32,000 nucleotides of DNA from Wolbachia endosymbiont of Drosophila innubila (lineage in GTDB: Bacteria > Pseudomonadota > Alphaproteobacteria > Rickettsiales > Anaplasmataceae). Where the stretch lies: the NCBI RefSeq assembly GCF_021378375.1, contig NZ_CP076228.1:570001-602000 (forward strand), written 5' to 3'. Shown here piece by piece: positions 1-11,534 of the stretch. Position 1 is the first letter of the stretch, and each line of letters begins with the position of its first letter. Below the pieces are notes generated by a model, which saw nothing but the letters and a program-made list of their open reading frames with translations, searched no databases and had not been told where the DNA came from. Both the position numbers and the translations under genes were made by a program.

Positions 1-330
1 AATATTTCCTCAATAATAGGGCTGACAGGAAACGCCGGGCAAGCAAATTATGCAGCGTCTAAAGCTGGAATAATAGCTATGAGCAAATCTATAGCAAAAG
101 AAGTTGCAAGTCGTAATATAACAGTAAATTGTATTGCTCCTGGGTTTATAGATACTAAAATGACTGAAGTTTTAAATGAAGTGCAAAAGGGAAAAATATT
201 AGATAATATTCCAATGAAAAGAATGGGAACAGGGGAAGAAATAGCAGCAGGGGTCTTATTTTTAGCAAGTGATGAAGCAAAATATATAACAGGGCATGTG
301 CTTAACATTAATGGTGGGTTATTTATGTAG
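1..330 (+). CDS. fabG: 3-oxoacyl-[acyl-carrier-protein] reductase, 3' portion (5' end outside window)
   Basis: Frame 1 reads [34 protein letters not shown]...[14 protein letters not shown]...[12 protein letters not shown], a short-chain dehydrogenase with the YxxxK catalytic motif typical of FabG. Confidence 0.93.
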   Translation, partial: NISSIIGLTGNAGQANYAASKAGIIAMSKSIAKEVASRNITVNCIAPGFIDTKMTEVLNEVQKGKILDNIPMKRMGTGEEIAAGVLFLASDEAKYITGHVLNINGGLFM

Positions 331-425
331 CAACACTTATGTATGGACAAATTATAATTTTTACTTTAAAATAAAAATATGTGTAGGTGTAGGTTTACGT
401 TAATTTATTATTTAGAGGCAAAAAA

Positions 426-761
426 ATGAGCTCTATAATGGAATTTTTTAGTGTTTTTTGCGTAGTATTGCTTTTCTCTTTCTCAGGTTATGCAGCTGAC
501 CCTGATATGGATGACACAACTAAAGTAATATGCAATATTATTGGTTATGTTTGGGGGATAGGCGGTCCACTTATGACGGTAGTAATAATTGGTGCAGCTT
601 TGCTTGCAATATTTGGCAGGATGCCGTGGCCAGCCCTCTTTGCTCTTGGCATGTTCTGTGGTGTATTTTTTGGCGCTAAAACTATCATAACGAAAATTAT
701 GCCCAATGTAAGCGATGAAGCAAAAGCTATGTTGGAAAATTGTGGAAAGAGAAACCCATAA
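426..761 (+). CDS. VirB2/TrbC-like type IV secretion pilin-family membrane protein
   Basis: 111 aa with signal-like N-terminus and two hydrophobic segments (GGPLMTVVIIGAALLAIFGRMPWPALFALGMFCGVFFGAKTI), resembling rickettsial VirB2 paralogs. Confidence 0.7.
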   Translation: MSSIMEFFSVFCVVLLFSFSGYAADPDMDDTTKVICNIIGYVWGIGGPLMTVVIIGAALLAIFGRMPWPALFALGMFCGVFFGAKTIITKIMPNVSDEAKAMLENCGKRNP

Positions 762-941
762 AAGTACAGAAATGCTTTTTTGTTATCCATTAAATCGCTT
801 CATATCTTCAACTTGCAACAAATAAGGGCTATCTTTTGGTAAAGTTTTAACAGCTAGCTCAGCATATTTTGTAAATTGCTTTAGAGGTTGTCCGGAAACA
901 AGTAAAAGGCTATAATATCTGAAATTTTAGTACGGGTAAAG

Positions 942-1469
942 ATGAGAAAAAAGTATCCAACAGATCTAAGCGAAAGGGAATGGGCAAGAATAGAAAAACA
1001 CTTCAGAGTATCATACAAGAAAGGAGGAAGGCTGCCAAAGTATAGCAAAAAAGAAATATTAGAAGCAATTTTCTATGTATTGCGTACAGGGTGTCAATGG
1101 CGGTATTTACCAAATGATTTTCCGCTATGGAAGACTGTGTATGAGCAGTTCAGGCAATGGAAGAAGCAGGGAATTTTTGAGAAAATGAATTATGAAATTA
1201 CAAAATATAGTAGAAGAAAAATAGGAAAGAATGAGCAGCCGAGTGCCTGTATAGTAGATAGTCAATCTGTAAAGACTACAGAAAAGGGGGATCAAAGCTA
1301 TGATGGAAGTAAAAAAGTAAAGGGTAGAAAAAGGCATATAATTACAGACACTCAGGGTTTTATACTAGGTTGTTACGTAGGCGCTGCTAACGAAAATGAT
1401 AGAGATGGTATTAAAATAGCATTAAACAATATGAGAACAAAATATACTAAAGTTAAAAATGTGGGCTGA
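942..1469 (+). CDS. IS5-family transposase, ORF A
   Basis: MRKKYPTDLSEREWARIEKHF...LPNDFPLWKTVYEQFRQW...ACIVDSQSVKTTEKGDQSYDGSKKVKGRKRHIITDTQG, typical N-terminal DUF4096 and DDE domain start. Confidence 0.93.
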   Translation: MRKKYPTDLSEREWARIEKHFRVSYKKGGRLPKYSKKEILEAIFYVLRTGCQWRYLPNDFPLWKTVYEQFRQWKKQGIFEKMNYEITKYSRRKIGKNEQPSACIVDSQSVKTTEKGDQSYDGSKKVKGRKRHIITDTQGFILGCYVGAANENDRDGIKIALNNMRTKYTKVKNVG

Positions 1470-1770
1470 CATGGGATACCAAGGAAGAAATTTAAAGAAT
1501 CACATAAAGGAAGAATATGACATAGATATTGAAATTGTTAAAAGGCCTCCATGTAGATTTTGGGTGCACAAAGATACGCCACCTGAGCTACTACCAACAA
1601 GAGAACAAGGGTTTAAAGTACAGCCAAGAAGATGGGTTGTAGAAAGGACTTTTGCTTGGGTTAATAGGAATAGAAGGCTATCGAAGGAGTATGATTTACT
1701 CACAACATCCACTGAGAATTTCATATACCTAGCTATGAGTAGGGTTATGTTAAAGAGGGAATATGCTTGA
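1459..1770 (+). CDS. IS5-family transposase, ORF B (normally fused to ORF A by frameshifting)
   Basis: MWADMGYQGRNLKNHI...RRWVVERTFAWVNRNRRLSKEYD, C-terminal DDE domain. Overlaps ORF A by 11 bp at an A-run. Confidence 0.9.
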   Translation: MWADMGYQGRNLKNHIKEEYDIDIEIVKRPPCRFWVHKDTPPELLPTREQGFKVQPRRWVVERTFAWVNRNRRLSKEYDLLTTSTENFIYLAMSRVMLKREYA

Positions 1771-2977
1771 ATTTACTTGTTTCCGGACAACCTCTAAAAT
1801 CTCCTTCAATACAAGCCTTTTTTGTCAAAGCAAAATAATGCATTGCCGTATCAGCGTCACATTTATATGCAACGCTTAAATATTTCCAGACAAAAGCGTT
1901 ATTTGGTTCTACATTCAAAATCTGCTCCAGGTAAAAAATTGCCTTTTTTGCATCACCGTGTAATAATAAAGTATGAGATAATGCAAGTTTCACTAAATAA
2001 CTGTTTTTCTCAGATAAATACCTAAGCGATTCCTCATACATTTTTATTGCTTCACTTAAATTTCCAGCCTTGTATAGCATTTCTGCTTTTAATTCATATA
2101 GGTATGGGTCATTGCGTGACTCTTGAATCAATGAATTAACTTTAGCAATAGCCTCCTCTATCTTTCCTTGCCTATAGCAAACTATAGCATTTACATACTC
2201 AGAATTATCTTCATATTTATTAGATAACACATGAATAGGAGCAAAGAAAGAGTCTAGCTTTGCAACCACACGCTCAAACTTTAGTAACTTATCCGCAAAA
2301 ATTGGTTTTACGTTGTTTTTGACCTTATAATTCTGTACAGCAAATATACGTTTCTCACTAAGTGGGTGAGTACGGAAATATTCCTCGGTATTCTCATGCT
2401 CAATACTTTTAAAATAATCAAAAATCTCTTTCATACCTGAATTATCATAGCCAGATTCATCAAGGTACCTTAAAGCATAGCTATCTGCTACACTTTCTTG
2501 CTCTTGAGAATAGTTAAAAAATAGCCTTGAACTGAGTGCTACACCACTAAGCAAAATTGCACCAGCAACCTGAGGGTTAATGATAATACTAGAAACTAAT
2601 CCTACCATATAACTAATCATTGCTATCGATTGAAAATAACCCATAGCACTACTCATTTGCAATATATGACCAGCAGATATGTGAGCAATCTCATGTGCTA
2701 ATATACCAAGCAAGACATAAGGTTTAGCCGAATATCGTAAAAGCCCTAAATGAATGAAGATACTGTTATTGTTAATTACAAAAGCATTAATCGAACTGTC
2801 ATTAATTACAAAAACTTTCACTTGATCATGATCAATATCTGCAGCAGAAAATAAAGGTTGCGCTAGCTCTTTCACTATTGCTTCCACCTCACTATCTCTA
2901 ATAATGTTAATAGAGTAAGCATTATTATAATATGCAAGAAAGAACAATAAGGTCAAAAACTTAGCAATTCTAAACAT
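1745..2977 (-). CDS. M48-family metalloprotease with TPR repeats, 3' end disrupted by IS copy 1
   Basis: HEIAHISAGH (HExxH), ESVADSYALRYL, and TPR-like repeats. The last residues RGCPETSKFKHIPSLT are translated from the IS end. Confidence 0.88.
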   Translation of the reverse strand: MFRIAKFLTLLFFLAYYNNAYSINIIRDSEVEAIVKELAQPLFSAADIDHDQVKVFVINDSSINAFVINNNSIFIHLGLLRYSAKPYVLLGILAHEIAHISAGHILQMSSAMGYFQSIAMISYMVGLVSSIIINPQVAGAILLSGVALSSRLFFNYSQEQESVADSYALRYLDESGYDNSGMKEIFDYFKSIEHENTEEYFRTHPLSEKRIFAVQNYKVKNNVKPIFADKLLKFERVVAKLDSFFAPIHVLSNKYEDNSEYVNAIVCYRQGKIEEAIAKVNSLIQESRNDPYLYELKAEMLYKAGNLSEAIKMYEESLRYLSEKNSYLVKLALSHTLLLHGDAKKAIFYLEQILNVEPNNAFVWKYLSVAYKCDADTAMHYFALTKKACIEGDFRGCPETSKFKHIPSLT

Positions 2978-3048
2978 GAAAATTCTGTGCTTGTATAATT
3001 TACAGGAATTTTATATTTTAACACTTAAATTATACAAATTTATAAACG

Positions 3049-3702
3049 CTAGTTTAATTTTTTAACGTAACTGATAAGTTTGTCGATGGTAGTTAACTTA
3101 ATTTTATGTTGTTCAGCAAATTTAAGCAACTGAGGTAAGCGCATCATAGAGCCATCATCATTCACTAATTCACACCCTACAGCTGCATGATTAAGACCAA
3201 CCAACTTTGCTATTTCAACACTTGCTTCAGTGTGACCATTGCGTGCTAAAACCCCGCCTTCATTTGCAATAATAGGGAAAACATGCCCTGGAGTAATAAT
3301 ATCGTCCTTAGTACTCTTTTCATCAATGGCAGTAAGTATCGTATGCGTTCTATCATGAGCAGAAACACCTGTTGTAATGCCATAACGCGCATCAATTGAC
3401 GTAGTAAATGCAGTATGAGGAGTAAGCTTTTCATCTACATTGCTCTTCCTCATAAACTCAAGATTTAGTTTACTCATATGAAGCTTTGTCATAGCTAAAA
3501 ATACAATACCAGTACCGTATCTAACCATAAAAGCCATATGTTCTGGTTTTACTTTTTCAGCTAAGACAACCAAATCACCTTCATTCTCTCTACTTTCATC
3601 ATCAACTAAAATGAACAATTTACCGGAACGAGCATCCTCTAATACATCTTCCACAGAAGAAATACCGGGTAGACTCATTGAAGCATAAGTGGCCTGTACC
3701 AT
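3049..3702 (-). CDS. ribB: 3,4-dihydroxy-2-butanone 4-phosphate synthase
   Basis: DDESRENEGDLVVLAEKV, GHVFPIIANEGGVLARNGHTEASVEIAKLVGL motifs. Confidence 0.95.
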   Translation of the reverse strand: MVQATYASMSLPGISSVEDVLEDARSGKLFILVDDESRENEGDLVVLAEKVKPEHMAFMVRYGTGIVFLAMTKLHMSKLNLEFMRKSNVDEKLTPHTAFTTSIDARYGITTGVSAHDRTHTILTAIDEKSTKDDIITPGHVFPIIANEGGVLARNGHTEASVEIAKLVGLNHAAVGCELVNDDGSMMRLPQLLKFAEQHKIKLTTIDKLISYVKKLN

Positions 3703-3708
3703 AATAAT

Positions 3709-4212
3709 TTACTTAAATTCAATCTTAACTATTTTATACAATTTCTCTCCATTTGGCACTGTCACTTCCACATACTCACCGACTTTTTTGCCGATTAAGG
3801 CACTCCCGAGTGGTGAACTAGTAGATATTAACTGCTTTGAAACATCAGCTTCATATTCGCCTACAACCTTATAAACATATTCCACTTCACCGTTATTATC
3901 ACTTAACATTCTTAATGTCACAGTTGCACCAAATATTACTGAATCACCAGACAAATTTTTTACTTCTATTACTTCCGCATGTGAGAGCTTACTTTCTATC
4001 TCCATTATACGGCCTTCAATAAAACCTAACCTTTCCCGTGCAGCATGATACTCTGCGTTTTCAGACAAATCACCTTGATCACGAGCATCAGAAATAGCTT
4101 GTATAACAGAAGGCTTTTCTTCCTTTAATTTTTCAAGTTCGGCTTGCATATTCTCAAAACCTTCCCTCGTCATAGGAAATTTATTAATAATAGATGAAGC
4201 CATAATTACCAC
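3709..4212 (-). CDS. greA: Transcription elongation factor GreA
   Basis: PMTREGFENMQAELEKLK...RDQGDLSENAEYHAARE...SPLGSALIGKKVGE. Confidence 0.97.
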   Translation of the reverse strand: MVIMASSIINKFPMTREGFENMQAELEKLKEEKPSVIQAISDARDQGDLSENAEYHAARERLGFIEGRIMEIESKLSHAEVIEVKNLSGDSVIFGATVTLRMLSDNNGEVEYVYKVVGEYEADVSKQLISTSSPLGSALIGKKVGEYVEVTVPNGEKLYKIVKIEFK

Positions 4213-5754
4213 CTAAACGCAATTAAATTGAGTAACAAAATTACTCACAATATTAAAAATATCACCTTTTATATCACCATTCATGTCATTTGACAACTTT
4301 TTTAAAACCCCAGGGTGTACAGTACGAAAATAATTAACAAGATCATGTTCAAATTTATTAACGTTACTTATTTGTATTTTACTTAACTGATTATACAGGT
4401 TAGAAAAAATATACATCAGCACTACTTGCTCTTCTATTGACATAGGTAAATGTTGTTTTTGCTTTAATAACTCAACAAGATATTTACCCTTATTCAAGGA
4501 TAATTGAACACTAGCATCAAGATCAGAACCAAATTTTGCAAAATCTTCTAATTCTCTATACTGAGCTAAGCTTAGCTTTATAGAACCAGCAACTTTTTTC
4601 ACAGACTTTAATTGTGCAGCAGAACCAACCCGCGAAACCGACAAACCTATATTTACTGCAGGTCGAAATCCTTTATAAAATAATTCAGACTCAAGAAAGA
4701 TCTGCCCATCGGTAATTGAAATAACATTTGTTGGCACATATGCGGATACATCACCAGCTTGAGTTTCGACAATTGGCAAAGCAGTTAAAGAACCCTGCCC
4801 TTTTTTATCAGACATTTTAGCAGCTCTTTCAAGCAAGCGAGAATGTACATAGAATATATCTCCAGGGTAAGCTTCACGACCAGGAGGACGTCTGAGCAAT
4901 AAAGACATCTGCCTATATGCCACAGCATGCTTAGATAAATCATCATATATAATCAAACAATGCATTCCATTGTCACGGAAAAATTCCCCAATAGTGCAAC
5001 CAGCATAAGGTGCTAAAAATTGCATAGGCGCGCAGTCAGATGCACTAGCCACAACTACAGTTGTATACTCTAATGCTCCGCTTTCTTTCAGCTTATTTAC
5101 CACTTTTGCTACTGTTGAAATTTTTTGCCCAATAGCAACATAAACACAGTAAACTTTTTGACTTTCGTTTACCTCATCGTTAATCTTCTTCTGATTGATA
5201 ATAGTATCAAGCGCAATAGTAGTTTTACCAATTTGTCTATCACCAATAATTAATTCACGCTGCCCTCTACCTATTGGAATTAGCAAATCTATAATTTTAA
5301 TTCCTGTTTGCAGTGGCTCATGCACAGACTTACGATCAATAATGCCTGGCGCTTTAGATTCTATATCCATTCTGTTTTTGGCTCTAATTTCCCCACCGTC
5401 GTCCATAGGATGGCCCAACGCATTTACAACTCTCCCTAACAATTCATGCCCTACAGGCACCTGCACAACATCACCACTACATTTTACAACGTCCCCTTCT
5501 TTCACATCACGGTCATTACCAAGCACAACTATTCCAGCCGTATTATGATCTAAATCGAGAACTATTCCTTCTACACCACTTGCAAAAAATACCTTTTCAC
5601 CGAATTTTGCTTTTTCCAGCCCATAAACCAATGCGATACCATCTGTTACTGAAATTACTTCACCTATATTTTCCCGCTTTATAGGATTATCAAACGTCTC
5701 AACCTTTTCTCTTATTATACTTGCTATCTCAGAAACATTCATACTGTTCTTCAT
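4213..5754 (-). CDS. atpA: F1 ATP synthase alpha subunit
   Basis: [26 protein letters not shown] Walker A and full-length AtpA similarity. Confidence 0.98.
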   Translation of the reverse strand: MKNSMNVSEIASIIREKVETFDNPIKRENIGEVISVTDGIALVYGLEKAKFGEKVFFASGVEGIVLDLDHNTAGIVVLGNDRDVKEGDVVKCSGDVVQVPVGHELLGRVVNALGHPMDDGGEIRAKNRMDIESKAPGIIDRKSVHEPLQTGIKIIDLLIPIGRGQRELIIGDRQIGKTTIALDTIINQKKINDEVNESQKVYCVYVAIGQKISTVAKVVNKLKESGALEYTTVVVASASDCAPMQFLAPYAGCTIGEFFRDNGMHCLIIYDDLSKHAVAYRQMSLLLRRPPGREAYPGDIFYVHSRLLERAAKMSDKKGQGSLTALPIVETQAGDVSAYVPTNVISITDGQIFLESELFYKGFRPAVNIGLSVSRVGSAAQLKSVKKVAGSIKLSLAQYRELEDFAKFGSDLDASVQLSLNKGKYLVELLKQKQHLPMSIEEQVVLMYIFSNLYNQLSKIQISNVNKFEHDLVNYFRTVHPGVLKKLSNDMNGDIKGDIFNIVSNFVTQFNCV

Positions 5755-6311
5755 ACAAAATTCCTTACTTTTAATATTTCCATTTTACTTAAGTCAACTA
5801 ACCTATCCAAGTAACTTTTTAGCGAAGCATCGATCAAATTAAAACCATACCTAACTACGAAGCCACCTAGTATAGAAGGGTCAACCACATTGCTTACTTT
5901 TATTATTTTACCAAGAAAGCTCAAAGATTCAGTAATTATTTTTATATCAGATTCCTTTAAAGTTTCTGCTGACTTTATAGTAATTTCGAATTCATTTTCA
6001 TTTTCTCTTGCAAGACTTAAGAATTTTTCTAATATAAGGATCAATAAACTAGAGCGTTTATTTGCAAATATAACCATAATAAATTTTACTAAATTCTCAC
6101 TTAAGTGCTCATTTATAGAAAGCATCACTTCTTTTTTGTGTGCAAAAGAAATCATAGGATGAGATAGGTACACAAAAACATCACGTTGATCCTTAAAAAA
6201 AGCCAACAAAAATTCTACTTCTTTCCTTATAATACCTAACCTGCTTCCTGAGACATGAAATAGCACTCTAGCGTAAGATGAAACTAAATTATTGTATTGG
6301 GTCTTTTTCAT
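5751..6311 (-). CDS. atpH: F1 ATP synthase delta subunit
   Basis: 186 aa, [10 protein letters not shown]...[18 protein letters not shown]...[26 protein letters not shown]. Overlaps atpA start by 4 bp. Confidence 0.9.
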   Translation of the reverse strand: MKKTQYNNLVSSYARVLFHVSGSRLGIIRKEVEFLLAFFKDQRDVFVYLSHPMISFAHKKEVMLSINEHLSENLVKFIMVIFANKRSSLLILILEKFLSLARENENEFEITIKSAETLKESDIKIITESLSFLGKIIKVSNVVDPSILGGFVVRYGFNLIDASLKSYLDRLVDLSKMEILKVRNFV

Positions 6312-6352
6312 ATTAAATCCAGTAAATCTAAATTAATTCAGCTACAAATCTT

Positions 6353-6703
6353 TCATTCTTCAATCCAAGCATTTTTTATATAAACAGGTCTTCTCTTTAA
6401 GGAAAGAAAATATAAATCATATCTGACTGAATAATCTAAAAAACTAAGGTTTTTACTTAAGAAATACTTAGAAGAATTTATAATAGACTGACATTGAAGA
6501 TGAGATATCGGTATTTCTTTTCCAAGTAAACTTGTTTTAACTTCTATAAAAATCAGCTCCTTTTTTTTAGATACAATTAAGTCAATTTCACCGAACTTAC
6601 AACGGTAACGGCGTTTTATAACATTATACCATTTCAGTTTTAAATATACTAAACCTAATAACTCGCCAAAGTAACCTACAAAGTAGCGTAACCTACTTAC
6701 CAC
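6353..6703 (-). CDS. YraN-family (UPF0102) nuclease-like protein
   Basis: YNVIKRRYRCKFGEIDLIVSKKKELIFIEVKTS, the G-EIDLI...VFVEVK motif. Confidence 0.85.
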   Translation of the reverse strand: MVSRLRYFVGYFGELLGLVYLKLKWYNVIKRRYRCKFGEIDLIVSKKKELIFIEVKTSLLGKEIPISHLQCQSIINSSKYFLSKNLSFLDYSVRYDLYFLSLKRRPVYIKNAWIEE

Positions 6704-6726
6704 AAGAAGAACAATTATGATAACAA

Positions 6727-7155
6727 TTAACTTTGTGTAACTACTTTGCCTCCTTCTTTATTTTTACTATAAACCTTACCTCTTGCTGCAATATCCCTAT
6801 CAACCAGTTCTATCACTGCCATTGAAGCGCAATCACCCTTTCGAGTGCTAAATTTTATTATTCTAGAATACCCACCTTTACGATCTTGATAACGGCTGGC
6901 TAAGACGTTTAATAACTTATCAACTGCTAACTTACTATTATGAAGGCGTGAAAGCAAAAGTCTTCTACCATGTAAAGTATTCTTATTCTTAGCAATTGTA
7001 ATAAACTTTTCGACATATGGACGAAGTTCCTTAGCTTTTGGTAAAGTAGTTACAATCTGCTCATGGTTAATTAATGAGATAGATAGATTCTTTAACGTCG
7101 ATAATCTATGTTCAGTACAACGAGATAGTTTACGTTTTTTTATTCCATGTTTCAT
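6727..7155 (-). CDS. rplQ: 50S ribosomal protein L17
   Basis: MKHGIKKRKLSRCTEHRLSTLKNLSISLINHEQIVTTLPKAKELRPYVEK. Confidence 0.97.
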   Translation of the reverse strand: MKHGIKKRKLSRCTEHRLSTLKNLSISLINHEQIVTTLPKAKELRPYVEKFITIAKNKNTLHGRRLLLSRLHNSKLAVDKLLNVLASRYQDRKGGYSRIIKFSTRKGDCASMAVIELVDRDIAARGKVYSKNKEGGKVVTQS

Positions 7156-7162
7156 ATATCAC

Positions 7163-8230
7163 CTAATCTTCATCAGTATGTTGTTTAGCCAACTCATCTA
7201 TATCCTTAGGTGGCCAGTTTAGCACATTCATACCCAAAGACAAGCCAAAATTAGTCAAAACTGCCTTAATCTCATTCAAAGACTTTCTGCCAAAATTAGC
7301 AGTTCTTAACATTTCACCTTCTGCCTTTTGTACAAGATCACCTATATAAGTGATGTTTTCGTTTTTCAGACAGTTATGAGACCTGACAGATAATTCCATT
7401 TCATCTACCTTACGCAATAAGACAGGGTCATAACCCAAATCTTTAGCACCACTAGACGAAGAAACCTGCGATTTTTTATAACTTACATCAGAACTAATAA
7501 AGGGCTGAAGTTGCTCCTGTAATATTCTTGCAGCAGAGTCAACAGCTTGACTCGGAGAAATTGTACCATCAGTTTCAATTGACAATATCAGCTTATCCTT
7601 ATCAGTCACTTGGCCAACACGACTGTTCTCTACCCTGTACGAAACCCTGTTGACAGGGCTATACAAAGCATTAACTGGAATAAAACCAATTAAATCCTGT
7701 TCACTCATAAGCTTCAAAAGTTCATTTTCTTTATATTTAGTTACAGGAAGATAACCTTTTCCGCTAGCCACATATATGGTCATGTTAAGCTCCACATTTT
7801 GCCCCAGCGTACATATTAACAAATCTTTATTAACAATAGAGCATTGATCATCAGTTTCTATCATCCCAGCTAATACCTGGCAAGGCCCTTTAGCGTTTAA
7901 ATTTAAGCATTTATTAGAAGCACCATTTAATTTACACCTCAACATACCCATATTTAATACTATATCAGTTACGTCTTCTCTTACCCCTTGAATTGAAGTG
8001 AACTCATGAGTTACACCTTCAATTTTTATTCCATAAACAGCACTACCTTTAAGAGAAGATAACATTACACGTCTTAATGCATTGCCTAATGTTAAAGCAA
8101 AACCACTTTCCAACGGTTCTAGCACTATATCACTTTTTTCACTTGAATCATCTGATATTACCTTAACTGAACTAGGTTTAATCAATTTATCTAAATTGCT
8201 ACAGAGAGAAACATCATTATTATAATACAT
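7163..8230 (-). CDS. rpoA: DNA-directed RNA polymerase alpha subunit
   Basis: [34 protein letters not shown] plus alpha-[25 protein letters not shown]. Confidence 0.98.
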   Translation of the reverse strand: MYYNNDVSLCSNLDKLIKPSSVKVISDDSSEKSDIVLEPLESGFALTLGNALRRVMLSSLKGSAVYGIKIEGVTHEFTSIQGVREDVTDIVLNMGMLRCKLNGASNKCLNLNAKGPCQVLAGMIETDDQCSIVNKDLLICTLGQNVELNMTIYVASGKGYLPVTKYKENELLKLMSEQDLIGFIPVNALYSPVNRVSYRVENSRVGQVTDKDKLILSIETDGTISPSQAVDSAARILQEQLQPFISSDVSYKKSQVSSSSGAKDLGYDPVLLRKVDEMELSVRSHNCLKNENITYIGDLVQKAEGEMLRTANFGRKSLNEIKAVLTNFGLSLGMNVLNWPPKDIDELAKQHTDED

Positions 8231-8251
8231 AAAACAACCTTTTCAAATATC

Positions 8252-8638
8252 CTATACTCTTCTTTTTTTTCTTAACCTGCACCCATTATGAGGAATTGCG
8301 GTTTTATCTGCAATTGAAGTCACAGTCAACCCACAGCTCTGAAGTGCTTTAACCGCAGCTTCGGTACCAAAGCCAGGGCCGCGAATTATTACAGAGACAA
8401 CCTTCATACCAAATCTCTCCATTGCGTTCTTCGCAGCAGACTCCGCAGCCTTACCTGCAGCATAAGGTGTGGATTTTCTCGAACCTGAAAAACCACATGC
8501 ACCCACAGAAGTTTGACATAGCGTATTACCATGAACATCAGTTACATTTACGAAAGTATTATTAAAAGTTGCACGAATATGGACAACACCAGTAATAAAC
8601 TCCTTCTTACTCTTACTAACCGTTTTGACTTTTTTCAT
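8252..8638 (-). CDS. rpsK: 30S ribosomal protein S11
   Basis: [42 protein letters not shown]. Confidence 0.98.
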   Translation of the reverse strand: MKKVKTVSKSKKEFITGVVHIRATFNNTFVNVTDVHGNTLCQTSVGACGFSGSRKSTPYAAGKAAESAAKNAMERFGMKVVSVIIRGPGFGTEAAVKALQSCGLTVTSIADKTAIPHNGCRLRKKRRV

Positions 8639-8662
8639 TAAAACTCACAATAATAATAAATT

Positions 8663-9031
8663 TTATTTTTTCCCAGCAATAGGCAACCGAGATCTACCTT
8701 TACGAGTCTTAGCATTAGTATGAGTCCTTTGCCCTCTCACAGGTAAACCTTTTCTATGTCTCACCCCTCTATAGCATCCCATTTCCACTAAAGATTTTAT
8801 GTTCATAGCCACTTCTTTTCTGAGCTCACCTTCTATAACATAATTTTGTCTAATGAAACCGCTGATCTTTTCTATATCTTCATCTCGTAATTCTGAAACA
8901 CGTTTGCGCTTATCAACTTCGCAAGCGTGACAAATTACATTCGCAGTAGCAATACCTATACCATATATATAAGTTAATGCAAAAGGAACACACTTCCTCA
9001 CTGGAATATTTATGCCTGCAATACGTGCCAC
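8663..9031 (-). CDS. rpsM: 30S ribosomal protein S13
   Basis: [26 protein letters not shown]...[18 protein letters not shown]. Confidence 0.98.
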   Translation of the reverse strand: MARIAGINIPVRKCVPFALTYIYGIGIATANVICHACEVDKRKRVSELRDEDIEKISGFIRQNYVIEGELRKEVAMNIKSLVEMGCYRGVRHRKGLPVRGQRTHTNAKTRKGRSRLPIAGKK

Positions 9032-9090
9032 TGATACCTCGATACTTTATTAATAACAACTCTTAATTTATACCATAAAACAACTCAGAG

Positions 9091-9732
9091 TCAAACCAAA
9101 TTACAAGAAATTTTACTTTCAATCTCTTGCGTCACCTCATCAACACTCAAATTAGCGTCAATTGTTAATAATTTGCCTTTATAATACTCGCGTAAACCTT
9201 TCATTTGAAGGTGATATTCACTTATTCTCTTATTAATTGCAGACATATCAGCATCATCAATTCTTTTCTCTAACCTCGTACTTTTACATTTAGCACAAGT
9301 AGTACTCTTAAAAGAAGATACACTATATATGCTTTTACAGTCCAAACACGCGAGACGATTTTTTAACCTATCGATTGCAATATTATCGTCAAGCTGCAGC
9401 TCAACTACAATGTCAACATCCCTATTATATTTTTCTTGCAAAACTTGAGTCAAAAAATGAGCCTGGTTTAAATTTCTCGGAAAACCATCTAATAAGCAAT
9501 TATCATCCACTAATGCAAGCTGGTCACGTAATAATCCACATATAATTTCATCTTGAATTAAATTACCAGATTCCACGGTACCCTTTATTTTTTTACCTAA
9601 CTCACTACTGCTAGATATAATATTCCTTAATAAATCCCCTACTGAAATTAATTTTAAATTATATTTTGCTATTAACAAGCTTGACTGAGTACCTTTACCA
9701 GAACCTGGAGGACCAAAAATCGTAATGATCAT
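9091..9732 (-). CDS. adk: Adenylate kinase
   Basis: [32 protein letters not shown]. Confidence 0.97.
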   Translation of the reverse strand: MIITIFGPPGSGKGTQSSLLIAKYNLKLISVGDLLRNIISSSSELGKKIKGTVESGNLIQDEIICGLLRDQLALVDDNCLLDGFPRNLNQAHFLTQVLQEKYNRDVDIVVELQLDDNIAIDRLKNRLACLDCKSIYSVSSFKSTTCAKCKSTRLEKRIDDADMSAINKRISEYHLQMKGLREYYKGKLLTIDANLSVDEVTQEIESKISCNLV

Positions 9733-11057
9733 CTTACTTTCCTCGTTTTAGACTCATATTTCTTTATCCAGTTGTCGTACCTATTTGAAAAAATATAAGA
9801 TTGTATTTGCATAATAGTATCAGTAATAACGTTCACTATAATCAGTAAGCTCGTCCCACCAAAAATAAATGGTATATCATAATAATATCTCATAACTTCA
9901 GGTACAGTACATATGACTACCAAATACGCAGAGCCAATGAATGTCAACTTAAAAACTATATCTTGAAGGTAATCAGAAGTATGTTTCCCAGGTCTTCTAC
10001 CAGGTATAAAACCACCATTTTTTTTAAGAAAATCTGCGTTTTCCTCTGGATTAAATATAAAATTGGTATAGAAAAAATTAAAAAATACTATCAGCACCAA
10101 ATAGGCTACAATATATACTACTTTATTTGCCATAAAGTAATTCAAAATAAAATCAGAAAAAGCGTGCCCCTTATAGAAATTTGCAATTGAAATAGGTGTC
10201 AATAAAATTGCATTAGCAAAAATGGTTGGTACTACACCAGATAAATTAATCTTCAATGGAATATAAGTAAAATCGTCATTATGTAATCTTTTAAATTGCT
10301 TTTTAGGATGTTGAACAATAACCTTTCTATAAGAAGACTCTACAAAAATGACTAAGAGTAGCAGCAAAAAAAACAATACCAAAACAAAAAGGATAATAAA
10401 TAACGATACGCTACCGTTTTTATTTAACGTTAACAAAGATGACAAAGCGCTGTGTAACTCTGATATTATACCCGTGAAAATGATTAATGAGATACCATTG
10501 CCTATACCGCTAGCGCTAATTCGTTCACCAAGCCATATTAAAAGCATAGTTCCACCTAAAAGGCTGAAAACACCTATTGTACGAAACATAACACCAGGTT
10601 CGATTACAACCAATACCCCTTCCCTATTCATCCCTTCCAATCCAACCAAAATTGGAATTGATTGAAATACACAAATTACTATGGTCAGATAGCGTATATA
10701 AGAATTCATCTTTCTACGGCCTGACTCTCCATCATTCTTAACTTCCTTCATTCCTTTAATCGCAGAAGAAAGTAACTGAATAATGATAGAAGCCATTATA
10801 TATGGCATAACGTTCAATGCTAGAATTGTCATTCTAGCCAATGCACCACCAGAAAATAAATTAAATACTCCAAAAACGCCTGAGCCATCTTTGGGAAATA
10901 TATCATTAATTACATCAAGATTAATTCCAGGAATAGGCACATAAGTACCCAAGCGATAGCAAATTAAAGCTATTAGCGTAAAAAATATACGCTTTAATAA
11001 ATCGCCTTTATATAACAACGTAGGATCCAAGCTATTAAATGCTGATTTATTGCCCAT
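9729..11057 (-). CDS. secY: Preprotein translocase subunit SecY
   Basis: [11 protein letters not shown]...[27 protein letters not shown]...[20 protein letters not shown]. Confidence 0.98.
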   Translation of the reverse strand: MGNKSAFNSLDPTLLYKGDLLKRIFFTLIALICYRLGTYVPIPGINLDVINDIFPKDGSGVFGVFNLFSGGALARMTILALNVMPYIMASIIIQLLSSAIKGMKEVKNDGESGRRKMNSYIRYLTIVICVFQSIPILVGLEGMNREGVLVVIEPGVMFRTIGVFSLLGGTMLLIWLGERISASGIGNGISLIIFTGIISELHSALSSLLTLNKNGSVSLFIILFVLVLFFLLLLLVIFVESSYRKVIVQHPKKQFKRLHNDDFTYIPLKINLSGVVPTIFANAILLTPISIANFYKGHAFSDFILNYFMANKVVYIVAYLVLIVFFNFFYTNFIFNPEENADFLKKNGGFIPGRRPGKHTSDYLQDIVFKLTFIGSAYLVVICTVPEVMRYYYDIPFIFGGTSLLIIVNVITDTIMQIQSYIFSNRYDNWIKKYESKTRKVR

Positions 11058-11060
11058 GAC

Positions 11061-11531
11061 TTACGATAGTATTTCCACACTACCACCAACTGAAGCTACA
11101 GATTTTTTTGCAGCTTCTGACGCAAAATCAACATGAAACACAAATTTTTCGCTCAACTTACCTTTATTAAGAAGTTTAATTTTATCCTTAATAGACTTTA
11201 TAAAACCTAATTTATACAGCCTCTCCTTATCTATAACAGAGTCTTTCACTATTTTTTTAGCTTCCATTAAGCGCTGTATATCGCCAACATTAATTATAGA
11301 GTATATGCTCCTACGTATAGGCTTAAAACCTCTTTTAGGCAAACGAGTATATATAGACTGTTGTCCACCCTCAAAACCATTTATAGAAACTCCACTTCTA
11401 GCCTTCTGCCCTTTATGCCCTCTACCGGATGTTTTACCTTTACCACAACCGATACCTCTACCCAGCAACTTAGGCTTCTTTTTCTTAGATAATTTAGTAA
11501 ATATAGAGTTTAATTTTACAGCATTATTCAT
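11061..11531 (-). CDS. rplO: 50S ribosomal protein L15
   Basis: GRGIGCGKGKTSGRGHKGQKARSG...GFEGGQQSIYTRLPKRGF. Confidence 0.97.
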   Translation of the reverse strand: MNNAVKLNSIFTKLSKKKKPKLLGRGIGCGKGKTSGRGHKGQKARSGVSINGFEGGQQSIYTRLPKRGFKPIRRSIYSIINVGDIQRLMEAKKIVKDSVIDKERLYKLGFIKSIKDKIKLLNKGKLSEKFVFHVDFASEAAKKSVASVGGSVEILS

Positions 11532-11534
11532 ACT

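Larger units (their letters stand above)
884..1794 (+). mobile_element. ISWpi1-like IS5-family insertion sequence (copy 1)
   Basis: 23-bp inverted repeats: GAGGTTGTCCGGAAACAAGTAAA at left, its reverse complement at right. TA dinucleotide on both sides (gcttTA|GAGG...CCTC|TAaaat). Contains two transposase ORFs in different frames. Near-identical to the copy at 25228-26139. Confidence 0.93.

Noticed and set aside
1125-1337. Minus-strand ORF inside IS copy 1
   Set aside because: Antisense to transposase; no supporting evidence.
4213-6311. atpH-atpA without atpG/atpD/atpC next to them
   Set aside because: Split ATP synthase gene clusters are usual in Rickettsiales.
10348-10665. Plus-strand ORF antisense to secY
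   Set aside because: Low-complexity translation and full overlap with a well-supported gene; the same applies to most plus-strand ORFs between 3200 and 21100.
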